Assembly: GCA_963766715.1 (NCBI GenBank)
Contig: CAVYBH010000015.1
Span: 256,001 to 320,000, forward strand
DNA from: an uncultured delta proteobacterium
GTDB taxonomy: Bacteria > Myxococcota > Myxococcia > Myxococcales > Anaeromyxobacteraceae
DNA: 64,000 nt
Reading direction: 5' to 3'
Part shown: positions 11,095-21,793 of the stretch, piece after piece
Layout of the letters: each line of letters opens with the position of its first letter
How positions within the stretch are numbered: the first letter of the stretch is position 1
Translations under genes and position numbers: made by a program
Notes under the pieces: model-generated
Databases searched by the model: none
What the model was told of the DNA's origin: nothing
What the model saw: the letters and a program-made list of their open reading frames with translations, nothing else

Positions 11095-11328
11095 TCAGGC
11101 GGCGACGAGGCCGCGGGCGTCCTCGGCGTGTAACGCGCCCGGGCAGCCCGCGCACGGCGTGGAGCGGCAGGGGCGCTTCGCGGCCACGATCCGCTCCACC
11201 TCCTCGGCGCAGCAACCGCAGTCGGTGGTGACGCCGGTGAGCCGGACCACCTCGTCGAGGGAGCGCCCGGACTCCACGGCCCGGTGGAGTTCCCGGTCGG
11301 AGACGGCGCGGCAGGAGCAAACGATCAT
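11095..11328 (-). CDS. bfd: Bacterioferritin-associated [2Fe-2S] ferredoxin
   Basis: [11 protein letters not shown]...GVTTDCGCC, immediately upstream of bfr. Confidence 0.88.
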   Translation of the reverse strand: MIVCSCRAVSDRELHRAVESGRSLDEVVRLTGVTTDCGCCAEEVERIVAAKRPCRSTPCAGCPGALHAEDARGLVAA

Positions 11329-11362
11329 GTCATCCTCCGGCCGGCAACCCGGCCGCTGTTTC

Positions 11363-11382
11363 AATCTTGATAATCATTATCA
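11363..11382. promoter_or_regulatory. Fur box
   Basis: Perfect 7-1-7 TGATAAT-C-ATTATCA at 11368-11382; 16/19 match to GATAATGATAATCATTATC; AT-rich island upstream of bfd. Confidence 0.9.
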
Positions 11383-11443
11383 GAATGAACCGGCCCCTGC
11401 AAGGGCTCCTTCGCGCGGGCCCCGGACCGCCTAGAATCCGCGC

Positions 11444-12080
11444 ATGAGCGAGTTTCCGAAGGACCTCTTCACCGAGCCGGACGTCGACCCCGACACGCTG
11501 GCGAACCTGGGCCCGCTCGCCGGCATGGCCGGGATCTGGGAGGGGACGAAGGGCTCGGACGACCACCCGGTCGCGGAGGGAACCGAGAACGACGCGTACG
11601 TGGAGCACTACGAGCTCCAGCCCATCGACGGCCAGACCAACGGCCCGCCAGCTCTTCTACGGGCTCCGCTACCACACGCACATCGTGAAGCCGGGCGAGG
11701 TCCAGACCTTCCACGACCAGGTGGGCTACTGGCTCTGGGAGCCGGCCACGAGGACCGTCTACCAGACCCTGGCCATTCCCCGCGGGCAGGTGGCGATGGC
11801 GTCGGGCACCGCCGAGCCGGACGCCAGGCGCTTCACGATCCGCGCCCAGCGGGGCAGCACGGTGAACGGCATCTGCTCGAACCCGTTCCTGGAGTACGGG
11901 TACCGGACGACCGACTGGTCGATCGCCGTCTCGGTGAACGCCGACGGGACCTTCTCCTACGAGCAGGAGACCGTGCTCGTGATCCCGGGACGGGCCGAGC
12001 CCTACCGGCACGTCGACCGGAACACGCTCCGGCGAATCGCCCCGCCCACGCCCAATCCCACGGCGCGCGGCAAGCGCTGA
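11444..12080 (+). CDS. Nitrobindin / DUF1794 heme-binding beta-barrel protein (frameshift near 11645)
   Basis: LGPLAGMAGIWEG..G.D.HP and QTNGP|QLFYGLRYH...FHDQVGYWLW...IPRGQ, C-terminal HVDRNTL; the two listed ORFs join by removing one base. Confidence 0.8.
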
Positions 12081-12092
12081 AGGCCGCCGCGG

Positions 12093-12728
12093 TCAGGCCA
12101 CCGACCGCCGGGAGCCCCGGCGCCGGGCCTCCCGGACCCAGCCCGGGAGCCGCGCCGCCAGCAGCAGGAAGAAGATGGCGGCGAAGAGCAGCGGCTTTCG
12201 TCAGGTCCGCCTTCACCCGCCACACGAAGTGGACGACCGCCAGCGCGGCCGCCAGGTAGGCGAGCCGGTGGATCCGCTTCCAGGTCCGGAAGCCGAGCCG
12301 CCTCACCCACCCGTCGGTGGAGGTGATGGCCAGCGGGGCCAGGCAGAGCAGCGCCGCGAACCCCACCATGATGAACGGACGCTTGGTGAGATCCTGGGAG
12401 ATGGTCCGCCAGTCGAAGAACTTGTCCACGACCACGTAGAAGGAGAAGTGGAGCAGCGCGTAGGCGAAGGCGGTGACGCCCAGCACGCGCCGCAGCCGCT
12501 GCAGCCAGGCCACGCCGAGCAGGTCCTTCGCCGGCGTGGGGACGAGCGAGAGGGCGAGCAGCGTCATGGCCCAGAAGCCGAGGCGATTCAGGGCCGCCTC
12601 GATGGGGTTCGCGCCCAGGCCGTCGCTCGGAAGGCGTCCCAGCCCAGCTTGGCGAGCGGCAGGAGGAGCACGGCGACGGCGGCCGGCTTCACCCAGCGCG
12701 ATGGACCGCGAGCCAGGGGGACGCGCAC
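12093..12728 (-). CDS. msrQ: Methionine sulfoxide reductase heme-binding subunit MsrQ (frameshifts near 12630 and 12195)
   Basis: GLGANPIE...GFWA, RRVLGV.AF.YALLH, KRPFIMVG, PLAITS, WKRIHRLAY...HFVW; downstream of msrP. Confidence 0.85.
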
Positions 12729-12739
12729 GCGCGCGGGCC

Positions 12740-13696
12740 TCAGTAGAGCTTTCTCGGGTCCATGCCCGCGTACATCCCGGCCACCTCGGCCGCGTAGCCG
12801 TTGAAGGGCAGCGTCTCCCGCCGGAAGAAGTCCCCCAGGCGGCGCTCCTTGGCCTGGCTCCAGCGCGGGTGGTCGACGGCGGGATTCACGTTGCCGTAGA
12901 AGCCGTACTCGTTCGGCGCCATGAGCCACCAGGTCGTCTTCGGCTGCTCCTCGACGAAGCGCATGCGGACGATCGACTTCGGCCCCTTGAAGCCGTACTT
13001 CCACGGGAGGATCACCCGCACCGGCGCCCCGTTCTGGTTGGGGAGCACGCGGCCGTAGAGCCCCACCGTGAGGAGCGCGAGCGGGTTCGTCGCCTCGTCG
13101 ATGCGCAGGCCCTCGGTGTAGGGCCACTCGAGCACCCGGCTCCGCTGTCCGGGCATCTCCTTGGGGTCGAGCAGCGTCTGGAAGACCACGTACTTCGCCC
13201 TGGAGGTGGGCTCGAGCCGCTTGATCAGGTCGCCGAGCGGAAACCCCACCCAGGGCACGACCATCGACCAGGCCTCGACGCAGCGGAAGCGGTAGATGCG
13301 CTCCTGGAGGGGGAACATCCGGAGGAGGTCCTCGATGCCGAGGAGCTGGGGCTTCTTCACCTCCCCCTCGACGGCGACGGTCCACGGGCGCGTCTTCAGC
13401 GAGCCGGCCAGGCGCGCGGGGTCCTCCTTGGAGGTCCCGAACTCGTAGAAGTTGTTGTAGGTCGTGACCGACTTCCACGGGGTGGGCTTCTCGCCGCCGG
13501 CCTGGTTCACGGACGCGGCGGTCTGGAGCACCTCGCCCGCCGGGTCGTCGGCGCCCGCCAGGGCGGGAAGCGGAAGGCCCGCCGCGGCCGCGCCGATGGC
13601 GCCTGCGGCCCCGAGCCGGAGGAACTCGCGGCGGCGCAGGTAGAGCGCCTCGGGGGTGGCGTCGGCGTCGCGCAGGTCGGGTTTCCAGGTCGTCAT
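12740..13696 (-). CDS. msrP: Methionine sulfoxide reductase catalytic subunit MsrP
   Basis: Tat motif [63 protein letters not shown]. Confidence 0.95.
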   Translation of the reverse strand: MTTWKPDLRDADATPEALYLRRREFLRLGAAGAIGAAAAGLPLPALAGADDPAGEVLQTAASVNQAGGEKPTPWKSVTTYNNFYEFGTSKEDPARLAGSLKTRPWTVAVEGEVKKPQLLGIEDLLRMFPLQERIYRFRCVEAWSMVVPWVGFPLGDLIKRLEPTSRAKYVVFQTLLDPKEMPGQRSRVLEWPYTEGLRIDEATNPLALLTVGLYGRVLPNQNGAPVRVILPWKYGFKGPKSIVRMRFVEEQPKTTWWLMAPNEYGFYGNVNPAVDHPRWSQAKERRLGDFFRRETLPFNGYAAEVAGMYAGMDPRKLY

Positions 13697-13795
13697 GGCG
13701 GCTCCGGCAAGGCGTTCCCTTAACCGCGGGAGGGCCTCGCCCGCCCGTGTCACAAATGCGCCCGCCGCGTCTCCATTCCGGGAAAGGAGGCAGTC

Positions 13796-14185
13796 ATGCA
13801 GAACCTGAAAGCACTCCGGATCGCGGTCGTCTCCGTCGCCCTGGCCTGGGCGGGACAGGCCCTCGCGCAGCCCATCACCGGGCAGGTGGTCGGCGTGGTC
13901 ACCGACGCCGAGACGGGAAAGCCCATCGCGGGGGCCACCGTCACGGCCAGCAGCCCGGGCTGGATTGACCAGTCGTTCACCACCGACGGGTCCGGCTACT
14001 ACGTCATCACCGCGCTGCCGCCCATGAACTACACGCTGATCGCCACGGCGCCCGGCTACAAGGAGTCCTTCACCCCCGACGCCTCGATCATGGTCGACCG
14101 GCGGATCAAGAACGACATGCGGCTCGCCCCGGCCCGCGCGAAGGCCGGGGAGACCCCATCGGCCTCCCCGGTGGCGACGCGCTGA
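13796..14185 (+). CDS. Secreted carboxypeptidase-regulatory-like domain protein
   Basis: AAGGAGG RBS, signal peptide, [24 protein letters not shown]...LPP..Y. Confidence 0.75.
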   Translation: MQNLKALRIAVVSVALAWAGQALAQPITGQVVGVVTDAETGKPIAGATVTASSPGWIDQSFTTDGSGYYVITALPPMNYTLIATAPGYKESFTPDASIMVDRRIKNDMRLAPARAKAGETPSASPVATR

Positions 14186-14188
14186 GCC

Positions 14189-15550
14189 TCAGAAGTTGTA
14201 GGCGATGGCGTAGAGGAGGCTGATGCTCCGGATGGAGAGCCGCGTGGTGACCGGCGGCTCTCCCGGTTACTGGGGGGCCAGCTCGAAGTTCTTCGAGTCG
14301 CCCCAGCTGAACCCCAGGCCCAGCGACCCGGAGAGGTGGGACCCCTTGAGCTTGGCCCCCAGGGTCGCGCCGAAGAGGTTCACGCTGCGGAAGAGGCTCG
14401 AGCCGGCCGGATCGACCGGCGCGGCGTCGGAGTAGAACCCGCCGTGGAAGCTCCAGGACTCGTCGAGCCTGTAGTGTCCGCCCACCGCCACGTTCCACAC
14501 CGCGGCGGCCCCGTAGGTCAGCGCCGGAAGCGGGGAGAAGGTGTGGACCGGGAGCCCGTCCGGGCCCGTGGTCACGCTCTCGACCTTCTGCGTCGAGCCG
14601 AGCAGGGTGTACTGGGAGATGGCGGAGTGGTAGCGGACGTCCAGCTCCGCCTCGAACTTCTTGTCGCGCCAGGCGAGACCGAAGTTCACGGTGAGCGGCA
14701 GGCGGTACGCGAAGGTGGCGTCGGGATCGCGGAAGTAGACCTGGTTCCAGGGCGTGCCGTCCGCCGCCATCGACTGGTAGGCGAGCGAGCCCGTCTGGAG
14801 GATCTGGAGCGTGGGCGTGGAGAGGCTCGCACCGACCAGGAAGTGATCGGTGATGTCCCACTGGACCCCGAAGGTCCCCTGCGCCCCCCAGGTGACGCCG
14901 GTGGCGTCCGCCGTCCGCAGCGACGCGGCGGCGGTCGCATCGGTGTCGACGGCACGCTGGGAGAGGATCTGCGTCTGGGAGAGGCTCGTGACGGCCACGC
15001 CCAGGCCCGCGCCGAAGCGCAGGTTCGGCAGGGCCGCCCAGGCCGCCGAGATGGTCGGGATCAGGGTCGAGATGCTCACCCGGGAGGAGTAGGTGATCCG
15101 GTTGCCTTCCAGCGTGGCGCCGTTGACCGCGACCGACCAGGAGGTGGGCTTGGTGGCCGAGAAGCCGATGCGCCAGGCGTCCGAATGGAGGACGTCGTTG
15201 CCCAGCACGGCGCCGAAGAAGCTCGGCAGCTGGGCCAGGGAGACGCGCCCCGAGGAGGTCTGGATCGACCCCAGGTCGATGATGTCGAGCTCGTAGCCGG
15301 TGGCGCTGGCGCCGATGATGCTCCGCTCCACCCGCGCCAGGCCGGCCGGGTTGTACCAGCCGGAGGTGGTATCGGCGACGCGGGCCACGTAGGCGCCGGA
15401 CTCGAGCGCCTCCTCCTGCCCGATGAGGACCCGATCGTAGTTGGTCAGGATGGCGCTGGGCGGGAGCGGGAGGGAAGTCTGGGCGACGCCGGCGGCGGGC
15501 AGGAGGGCCGCGGCCAGTGCCGCGATCCGGGGGGTAAGAGACCAGTTCAT
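14189..15550 (-). CDS. Outer-membrane beta-barrel protein, FadL/OmpP1-like (frameshift near 14270)
   Basis: Signal peptide, GAYVA..D....WYNPAGLA hatch motif, amphipathic strands; another frame supplies the C-terminus ...[10 protein letters not shown] ending in Phe. Confidence 0.7.
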
Positions 15551-15648
15551 GGCCCGACGAAGCTAGCACGCCACCACCGGATCGCCGCGGCCGTCGGGGG
15601 CGGTTATGCTCCGCGGCGCGGGTCCGGAGCGACCCGCCGGAGGTCGCC

Positions 15649-16107
15649 ATGGTCACGCTGCTCGTCAACGGTACCAGCCACCCGGTGGACGTCTCGCCGG
15701 AGACCCCTCTCCTCTGGGCGCTCCGCGACACCCTCGGGCTGACCGGCACCAAGTTCGGCTGCGGCATCGGCGCCTGCGGCTCCTGCACGGTGCTCGTGGA
15801 GGGCGAGCCCACCCGGAGCTGCCAGCTCACCGTCGGCGAGGCCGCCGGCCGCCGCATCACGACCATCGAGGGGCTCTCGCCCGACGGGAGCCACCCCGTC
15901 CAGAGGGCCTGGATCGCCGACGAGGTCCCGCAGTGCGGCTACTGCCAGTCCGGACAGATCGTGGCCGCCGCCGCGCTGCTCGCCCGCAAGCCGCACCCCA
16001 CCGACGCCGACATCGACGACGCCATGGACGGCATCCTCTGCCGCTGCGGGACCTACGAGCGGATCCGGCGCGCCGTCCACCTCGCCGCGAAGGGAGGCAC
16101 GCCATGA
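15649..16107 (+). CDS. Isoquinoline 1-oxidoreductase-type (2Fe-2S) small subunit
   Basis: [32 protein letters not shown]. Confidence 0.9.
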   Translation: MVTLLVNGTSHPVDVSPETPLLWALRDTLGLTGTKFGCGIGACGSCTVLVEGEPTRSCQLTVGEAAGRRITTIEGLSPDGSHPVQRAWIADEVPQCGYCQSGQIVAAAALLARKPHPTDADIDDAMDGILCRCGTYERIRRAVHLAAKGGTP

Positions 16108-18247
16108 GCGCGGGCACGATGGGGCGCCGCACCTTCCTCGAGATCGCGGCCGGGACGGGGCTCTGGCTGGCCGCCAGCCCGCTGCGGGTGGCCGCCGCCG
16201 ATCCCGCCTCCCCGGCTTCCGCGTCCGGGTTCCAGCCGAGCGTCTGGCTGAACGTCGATCCGAAGGGCGCGGTGACCGTGTTCCTGGGCCGCTCCGAGAT
16301 GGGGCAGGGCAGCTACACCGGCATGGCGGTGCTCGTGGCGGAGGAGCTCGACGCCGACTGGAAGACGGTGCGCGTGGTCCAGGGCGACGCCGATCCGAGG
16401 TACGGCCGGATGATCACCGGCGGGTCGTCCAGCGTCCGCCAGTCCTGGGAGCCGCTCCGGAAGGCCGGCGCCGCCGCCCGCGAGATGCTCGTCGCCGCAG
16501 CGGCCGCGCGCTGGGGCGTCGAGCCGGCGTCCTGTCGCGCCGGGAACGGCGAGGTGACCCACGCCGCCTCGGGCCGCCGCGCGACCTACGGAGAGCTGGC
16601 CCAGGAGGCCTCCCGGGTGCCGGTGCCGGAGAGCCCGCGCCTCAAGGACCCGAAGGACTACCGGCTCATCGGCAAGGCCGTTCCCCGGCTCGACACACCG
16701 GCGAAGACCCGCGGTGCGGCCACCTTCGGGATCGACGTCCGCGTCCCCGGAATGCTCCACGCCGCGGTGGCCCGGCCGCCCACGCTGGGCGGCAAGGTGG
16801 TGCGCTTCGACGCGAAGAAGGCCCTCGCGATCCCGGGCGTGCGGAAGGTGTTCGAGGTGCCGAGCGGGATCGCGGTGGTCGCCGACACGACCTGGAGCGC
16901 CTTCCGCGGCCGGGATGCGCTCGACGTCGTCGTTCGAGCCGGGGCCGAACGGCTGCCCTCGACTCGGCGGCCATCGCCCGGCTCGTGCTCGCCGCGCCGG
17001 TGGACGAGAAGCCCGCCCGCAGCGAAGGGGACCTCGAGAAGGCGCTCGCCGGCGCCGCGAAGAAGGTCACCGCGACCTACCACCTCCCCTTCCTCGCCCA
17101 CGCCACCATGGAGCCCATGAACTGCGTGGCCCGGGTCGACGCCGGCGGGGCCGAGATCTGGGCCCCCACCCAGGCGCCGCTGTGGGCGCGCGGCGACGTG
17201 GCCAAGGCGCTCGGCCTTCCGGACGACAAGGTGGTGGTGCACGTCACCTTCCTCGGAGGGGGCTTCGGTCGCCGCGCCTTTCCCGACTTCGTGCTCGAGG
17301 CCGCGCACGTCTCGAAGGGAGCCGGGGCCCCGGTGCAGGTCACCTGGACCCGCGAGGACGACCTCCGGGGCGACTACTTCCGCCCCTGCGGCGTGAACGA
17401 GCTGCGCGCCGGCCTCGACGCGAAGGGGAACCTCGTCGCCTGGCACCACCGCGTGCGGAGCCCGTCCATCTCCGCGCAGCACTTCGGAAGCTCCGGGCGC
17501 AACGGCCATCCGGACGTGGTGGAGGGAGCGGTGGACGTCCCGTACCGGTCCCGCGCCATCCGCGTCGACAGCGCCATGCCCGAGGTCGGCGTGCGGCTCG
17601 GCTGGTGGCGCTCGGTCTACGCGTCCCAGAACGCCTTCGCCGAGGAGAGCTTCGTGGACGAGGTGGCGCACGCCGCCGGGAAGGACCCGCTGGCCTTCCG
17701 GCTCGCGCTGCTCCCGCCCGATCATCCCCTGCGGACGGTCCTCGCGCTGGCCGGCGAGAGGGCCGGCTGGGGAAGGAAGCTCCCGAAGGGGGTCGCCCGC
17801 GGCATCGCCTGCCAGTCGTCCTTCGGCAGCCACGTCGCGGAGGTGGCGGAGGTCACGCTCGTGAAGGGGAAGGTCCGCGTGAACCGGGTCGTGGTGGCCG
17901 TCTCCTGCGGCACGGCGCTCAACCCGGACAGCGTGGCCCACCAGATGGAAGGGTCCGTGGCCTACGGGCTCTCCGCGGCGCTGCGCGGCGAGATCACCTT
18001 CGCGAAGGGGGCCGCGGTCCAGGACAACTTCCACCTCTACGAGCCCCTGCGCATCTCCGAGATGCCGAAGGTCGAGACCTTCATCGTGCCGAGCACGGCC
18101 GCTCCGGGCGGCATCGGCGAGCCGGGCCTTCCCCCCATCGCACCGGCGGTGGCGAACGCGCTCTTCGCGCTCACCGGGGAGCGGCTGCGCAGCCTGCCCT
18201 TCAAGGTCGCGGCAGCGGGTCGTCCTTCCGGAACGCCGTCCCGGTGA
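16104..18247 (+). CDS. Xanthine dehydrogenase family molybdopterin-binding large subunit, IorB type (frameshift near 16935)
   Basis: Tat-like [57 protein letters not shown]. Confidence 0.88.
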
Positions 18248-18602
18248 AGAGGGCGACGAGCTCGCCCTTCTCGTCGGTGACGCGGACGGTGCAGGTGGAG
18301 AGGCGGCGCGAGCCCGACTCCTCCCGCGCCTCCGCCCGGAGCACGCCCGCGCGCACGGCCCGCAGGAAGGTGACGTGGGCCTCGATGGCCAGCGCCACGT
18401 TTCCCCGGGAGTTGGACGCCGCGGCGAAGGCGAAGTCGGCGAGCGTGAAGACCGCCCCTCCCTGCACGACGCCGGCCGCGTTGAGGTGCTCGCCGCTCAC
18501 GGTGAGCCGGGCGACCGCCCTCCCCTCCTCCACCTCGAGGAGCTCGATGCCGTTTCGGGCGGCGAAGCGGTCCCCACCGAAGAACGAGCGCAGCTCGGAC
18601 AT
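18201..18602 (-). CDS. PaaI family hotdog-fold thioesterase
   Basis: DRFA...[37 protein letters not shown]. Confidence 0.85.
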   Translation of the reverse strand: MSELRSFFGGDRFAARNGIELLEVEEGRAVARLTVSGEHLNAAGVVQGGAVFTLADFAFAAASNSRGNVALAIEAHVTFLRAVRAGVLRAEAREESGSRRLSTCTVRVTDEKGELVALFTGTAFRKDDPLPRP

Positions 18603-18682
18603 CCGCCGATCCTACCCGTTCGCGCCCGTGCCGGGGTTGCGAAGCGGACCGGGCGGGATATGGGACTGCGAAGGAGGCACCC

Positions 18683-19237
18683 ATGGCCAAGAAGGCTCGA
18701 GGCAAGGCTCGTCCGGCGAGGAAGGTCGCGAGGAAGGCGGCGCGCAAGCCCGCCAGGAAGAAGGTCGACGCGGTCCCGCGCGCCTCCGGCGCCCTCGTCC
18801 CCGGGCTCGCCATCCGCGGCGCCGCCGCGGCGATCGAGTTCTACAAGAAGGCGTTCGGCGCGAAGGAGCTCTCCCGGATGTCCAGCCCGGACGGGAAGAT
18901 CATGCACGCGGAGCTGAGGCTCGGAGACCGGGTGCTCTTCCTGGGCGACGAATCCCCGGAGATGGGCGCGCCGTCTCCCCAGACGCTGGGGGGCTCGCCG
19001 GTCTCCCTCATGCACTACGTGAAGGACGTGGACGCCGTGTACGCCCGCGCGGTCGCCGCCGGGGCGAAGCCGGTCATGCCCCCCGCCGACATGTTCTGGG
19101 GCGACCGGTTCGGACAGGTCACCGATCCCTTCGGCCACCGCTGGGCGCTCGCCACCCACCAGGCCGACCTGACGCCCAGGCAGATGAAGAAGGCCATGGA
19201 CGAGTGGATGGCGTCGCAGGGGATGGCGCAGGGATGA
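18683..19237 (+). CDS. VOC/PhnB-like glyoxalase family protein with a basic N-terminal tail
   Basis: [46 protein letters not shown]. Confidence 0.88.
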   Translation: MAKKARGKARPARKVARKAARKPARKKVDAVPRASGALVPGLAIRGAAAAIEFYKKAFGAKELSRMSSPDGKIMHAELRLGDRVLFLGDESPEMGAPSPQTLGGSPVSLMHYVKDVDAVYARAVAAGAKPVMPPADMFWGDRFGQVTDPFGHRWALATHQADLTPRQMKKAMDEWMASQGMAQG

Positions 19238-19256
19238 GCCTCGACGGCGGCGCGGC

Positions 19257-20072
19257 GTGAAGGAGGCCGATCGGGAGGCCCTCGCCCGCGCGCGCGACGT
19301 GCTCGAGAACCCCGGGCTCGCCATCCGGCTCACCGACCTGGTGGGGCGCCCGGTGGAGATGGCGGTCGCCGCCCTCCCCGCGGCCGCCTCGCGCCAGATC
19401 CACCGCGCCACGGGTGCGGCCCTCGACCGGGCGCTCTCGGTCGCGCTGCGCACCATGGACGCCGACCCCAATCCACCTGCCAAGTGGTTCCACCGGCTGG
19501 CCGCCGGGGCCGCCGGCGCGGGCGGGGGCGCCTTCGGGCTCGCCGGCCTCGCCATCGAGCTTCCGGTGTCGACCACCCTCATGCTCCGGGCCATCGCCGA
19601 CCACGCCCGGGCGCAGGGGGAGGATCTGGCCCGTCCCGAGGCGCGCCTCCAGTGCCTGGCGGTCTTCGCCTACGGCTCGCCCCGGGCCTCGGACGACGCG
19701 GCGGAGGCCGGCTACTTCGCCGTCCGCGCCGCGCTGGCCCGCTCGATCGCGGAGGCCTCCGAGTGGGTGGCGACGAAGGGGCTCACGCGCGCCGCCGCGG
19801 ACCGGGGCGCCCCGGCGCTCGCCCGCCTGCTCTCGACCGTGGCGCAGCGCTTCGGGGTGGCGGTGTCGGAGAAGGCCGCCGCGCAGCTCGTGCCGCTCCT
19901 CGGCGCGGCCGGGGGCGCGGCCGTGAACCTGGCCTTCATGAGCCACTACCAGCGCACGGCCTGGGGCCACTTCACCGTCCGGCGACTGGAGCGGATCCAC
20001 GGGGAGGCGGCCGTCCGCGCCGCCTGGGGACCGCCGGGGCGCGGACGCCCCCGGATCACGTCGCGTCGCTGA
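19257..20072 (+). CDS. EcsC family protein (start may be 19234 with an indel)
   Basis: LENPGLAIRL...GRP.E, GGAFGL.GL.IELPVSTTLMLRAI, KAAAQLVP.LGA.GGA.VN..F..HYQ. Confidence 0.75.
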   Translation: MKEADREALARARDVLENPGLAIRLTDLVGRPVEMAVAALPAAASRQIHRATGAALDRALSVALRTMDADPNPPAKWFHRLAAGAAGAGGGAFGLAGLAIELPVSTTLMLRAIADHARAQGEDLARPEARLQCLAVFAYGSPRASDDAAEAGYFAVRAALARSIAEASEWVATKGLTRAAADRGAPALARLLSTVAQRFGVAVSEKAAAQLVPLLGAAGGAAVNLAFMSHYQRTAWGHFTVRRLERIHGEAAVRAAWGPPGRGRPRITSRR

Positions 20073-20746
20073 ACTTCATGGAGGCGTGGGTGCCGTCGCA
20101 GAACGGCTTGTTCTGCGAGGCCCCGCAGCGGCAGAGGGTCTGCCGGTTCCGCACCTCGTAGCCCTTCCCGTCGGCGCCGACCACCTCGATCCCGCCCCAC
20201 AGGGCGATGCCGCCGCTGCACCCCTGGGCCGGGTCCTCGACGAGGCCGGCCTGGGGCTGGAGCGTCGGCTCGTGGGCCTTGCCGGTCGCCTTGTCCCAGG
20301 CGACCAGGCGCCCGCCCGGGCAGGCGGCGGCCTCCTCCTCGGTGTGCCGGCGGGCCTCGGGCTCGTCCGACCGCTCGACCAGGTTCCAGACCCGGCCGTG
20401 GGGATCGCAGAAGCGCGCGAAGGCGCAGAGCGGCTCGGCGTCGGTGAGGCGCAGGGTCGGCCCGTCGATCGCCTCGGCCTGCTCCAGATAGGGATCGCGG
20501 CTGGCGGTCTCGGCCCCGTCGAAGCCGATCCGGGCGTGCGTGCCGTCGCAGAAGGGCTTCTTCTTCGAGCCCCCGCAGCGGCACAGGGCGTACTGCGCCT
20601 GCGCCGGGAAGGTCTCCCCCCGCTCCCAGCGCACCGACTCGCCCTCGGCGTTCACGCCGATGGTCAGCTTCACGAGCGGTACCGACCCGGTCACGAGGTA
20701 CGGCCCGTCCTTCGAGGATGGTCACTCGCCTCGGCTTCTCCGCCAT
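20056..20746 (-). CDS. Double CDGSH iron-sulfur domain protein (frameshift near 20710)
   Basis: LCRCGGSKKKPFCDGTH and LCRCGASQNKPFCDGTH flanking CAFARFC...CPGGRL; the N-terminus MAEKPRRVTILE|DGPY is in another frame. Confidence 0.85.
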
Positions 20747-20845
20747 GGTGCCTCCGTTCCGGGCCTTGCGCCCCCTGCCTCGTTCCTCTAACGGTGGAGG
20801 GCGAATCCCGCGAGCCCCTCCGGGGGGTGGACGAACGGAGAACGG

Positions 20846-21748
20846 ATGAGCCGGAAGCTCTCGACCCGCAGGCTGTCCCGCTTCCTCGACCCCTACCGGA
20901 TCACCCGCGGGAAGGGGTTCCGCCTGCGCGACCACGATCCGGCCGACACCGGCGGCCTCGGGTCCGAGGACAAGCCGGAGGCGAAGCGGATGCTCGCCGA
21001 GGGCGTGGAGCGCCTGTCCGAGCTCCAGGAGAAGCTCTACGCCAGCGACGAATGGGGCGCGCTGCTCATCTTCCAGGCCATGGACGCGGCGGGGAAGGAC
21101 GGCACCATCAAGCACGTCCTCTCCGGCGTGAACCCGCAGGGCTGCCAGGTCACCTCCTTCAAGCAGCCCTCGCCGGAGGAGCTGGACCACGACTTCCTCT
21201 GGCGGACCCAGCGCGTCGCGCCGGAGCGGGGGCGGCTCGGCATCTTCAACCGCTCCTACTACGAGGAGGTCCTGGTGGTGCGGGTGCACCCGCAGATCCT
21301 GGCCCGCCAGCGCATCCCGCCCAGCCTGGTGGGGAAGGACATCTGGGAGGAGCGGCTCGAGGCCATCGCCGACTACGAGCGCCACCTGGCCCGGAACGGG
21401 TTCCTCGTCCTCAAGTTCTTCCTCAACGTCTCGCGCAAGGAGCAGAAGCGGCGCTTCCTGGAGCGGCTCGACGAGCCCGACAAGCACTGGAAGTTCTCCT
21501 CCGCCGACGTGCGGGAGCGGGCCCACTGGTCGAGCTACATGAAGGCCTACGAGGAGGCCATCCGGGGCACGGCGAGGAAGCACGCCCCCTGGTACGTGGT
21601 CCCGGCCGACAACAAGTGGTTCACCCGGCTGGTGGTCGCGGCGGCCGTCGTGGAGGCGCTCGAGTCACTGCGGCTGGAGTACCCGCGGGTCAGCGACGCC
21701 CAGAAGGAGGAGCTCGCGCTGGCCCGGGTGCAGCTGTCGAAGGAATAA
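20846..21748 (+). CDS. ppk2: Polyphosphate kinase 2 family protein
   Basis: QAMDAAGKDG, VNPQG, FKQPS..ELDHDFLWR, IFNRSYYEEVL, HAPWYVVPADNKW. Confidence 0.93.
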   Translation: MSRKLSTRRLSRFLDPYRITRGKGFRLRDHDPADTGGLGSEDKPEAKRMLAEGVERLSELQEKLYASDEWGALLIFQAMDAAGKDGTIKHVLSGVNPQGCQVTSFKQPSPEELDHDFLWRTQRVAPERGRLGIFNRSYYEEVLVVRVHPQILARQRIPPSLVGKDIWEERLEAIADYERHLARNGFLVLKFFLNVSRKEQKRRFLERLDEPDKHWKFSSADVRERAHWSSYMKAYEEAIRGTARKHAPWYVVPADNKWFTRLVVAAAVVEALESLRLEYPRVSDAQKEELALARVQLSKE

Positions 21749-21793
21749 ATCTGCTAACATCGACGCCCTTCTTTCCTCCCGAAAGGCGCTCCC

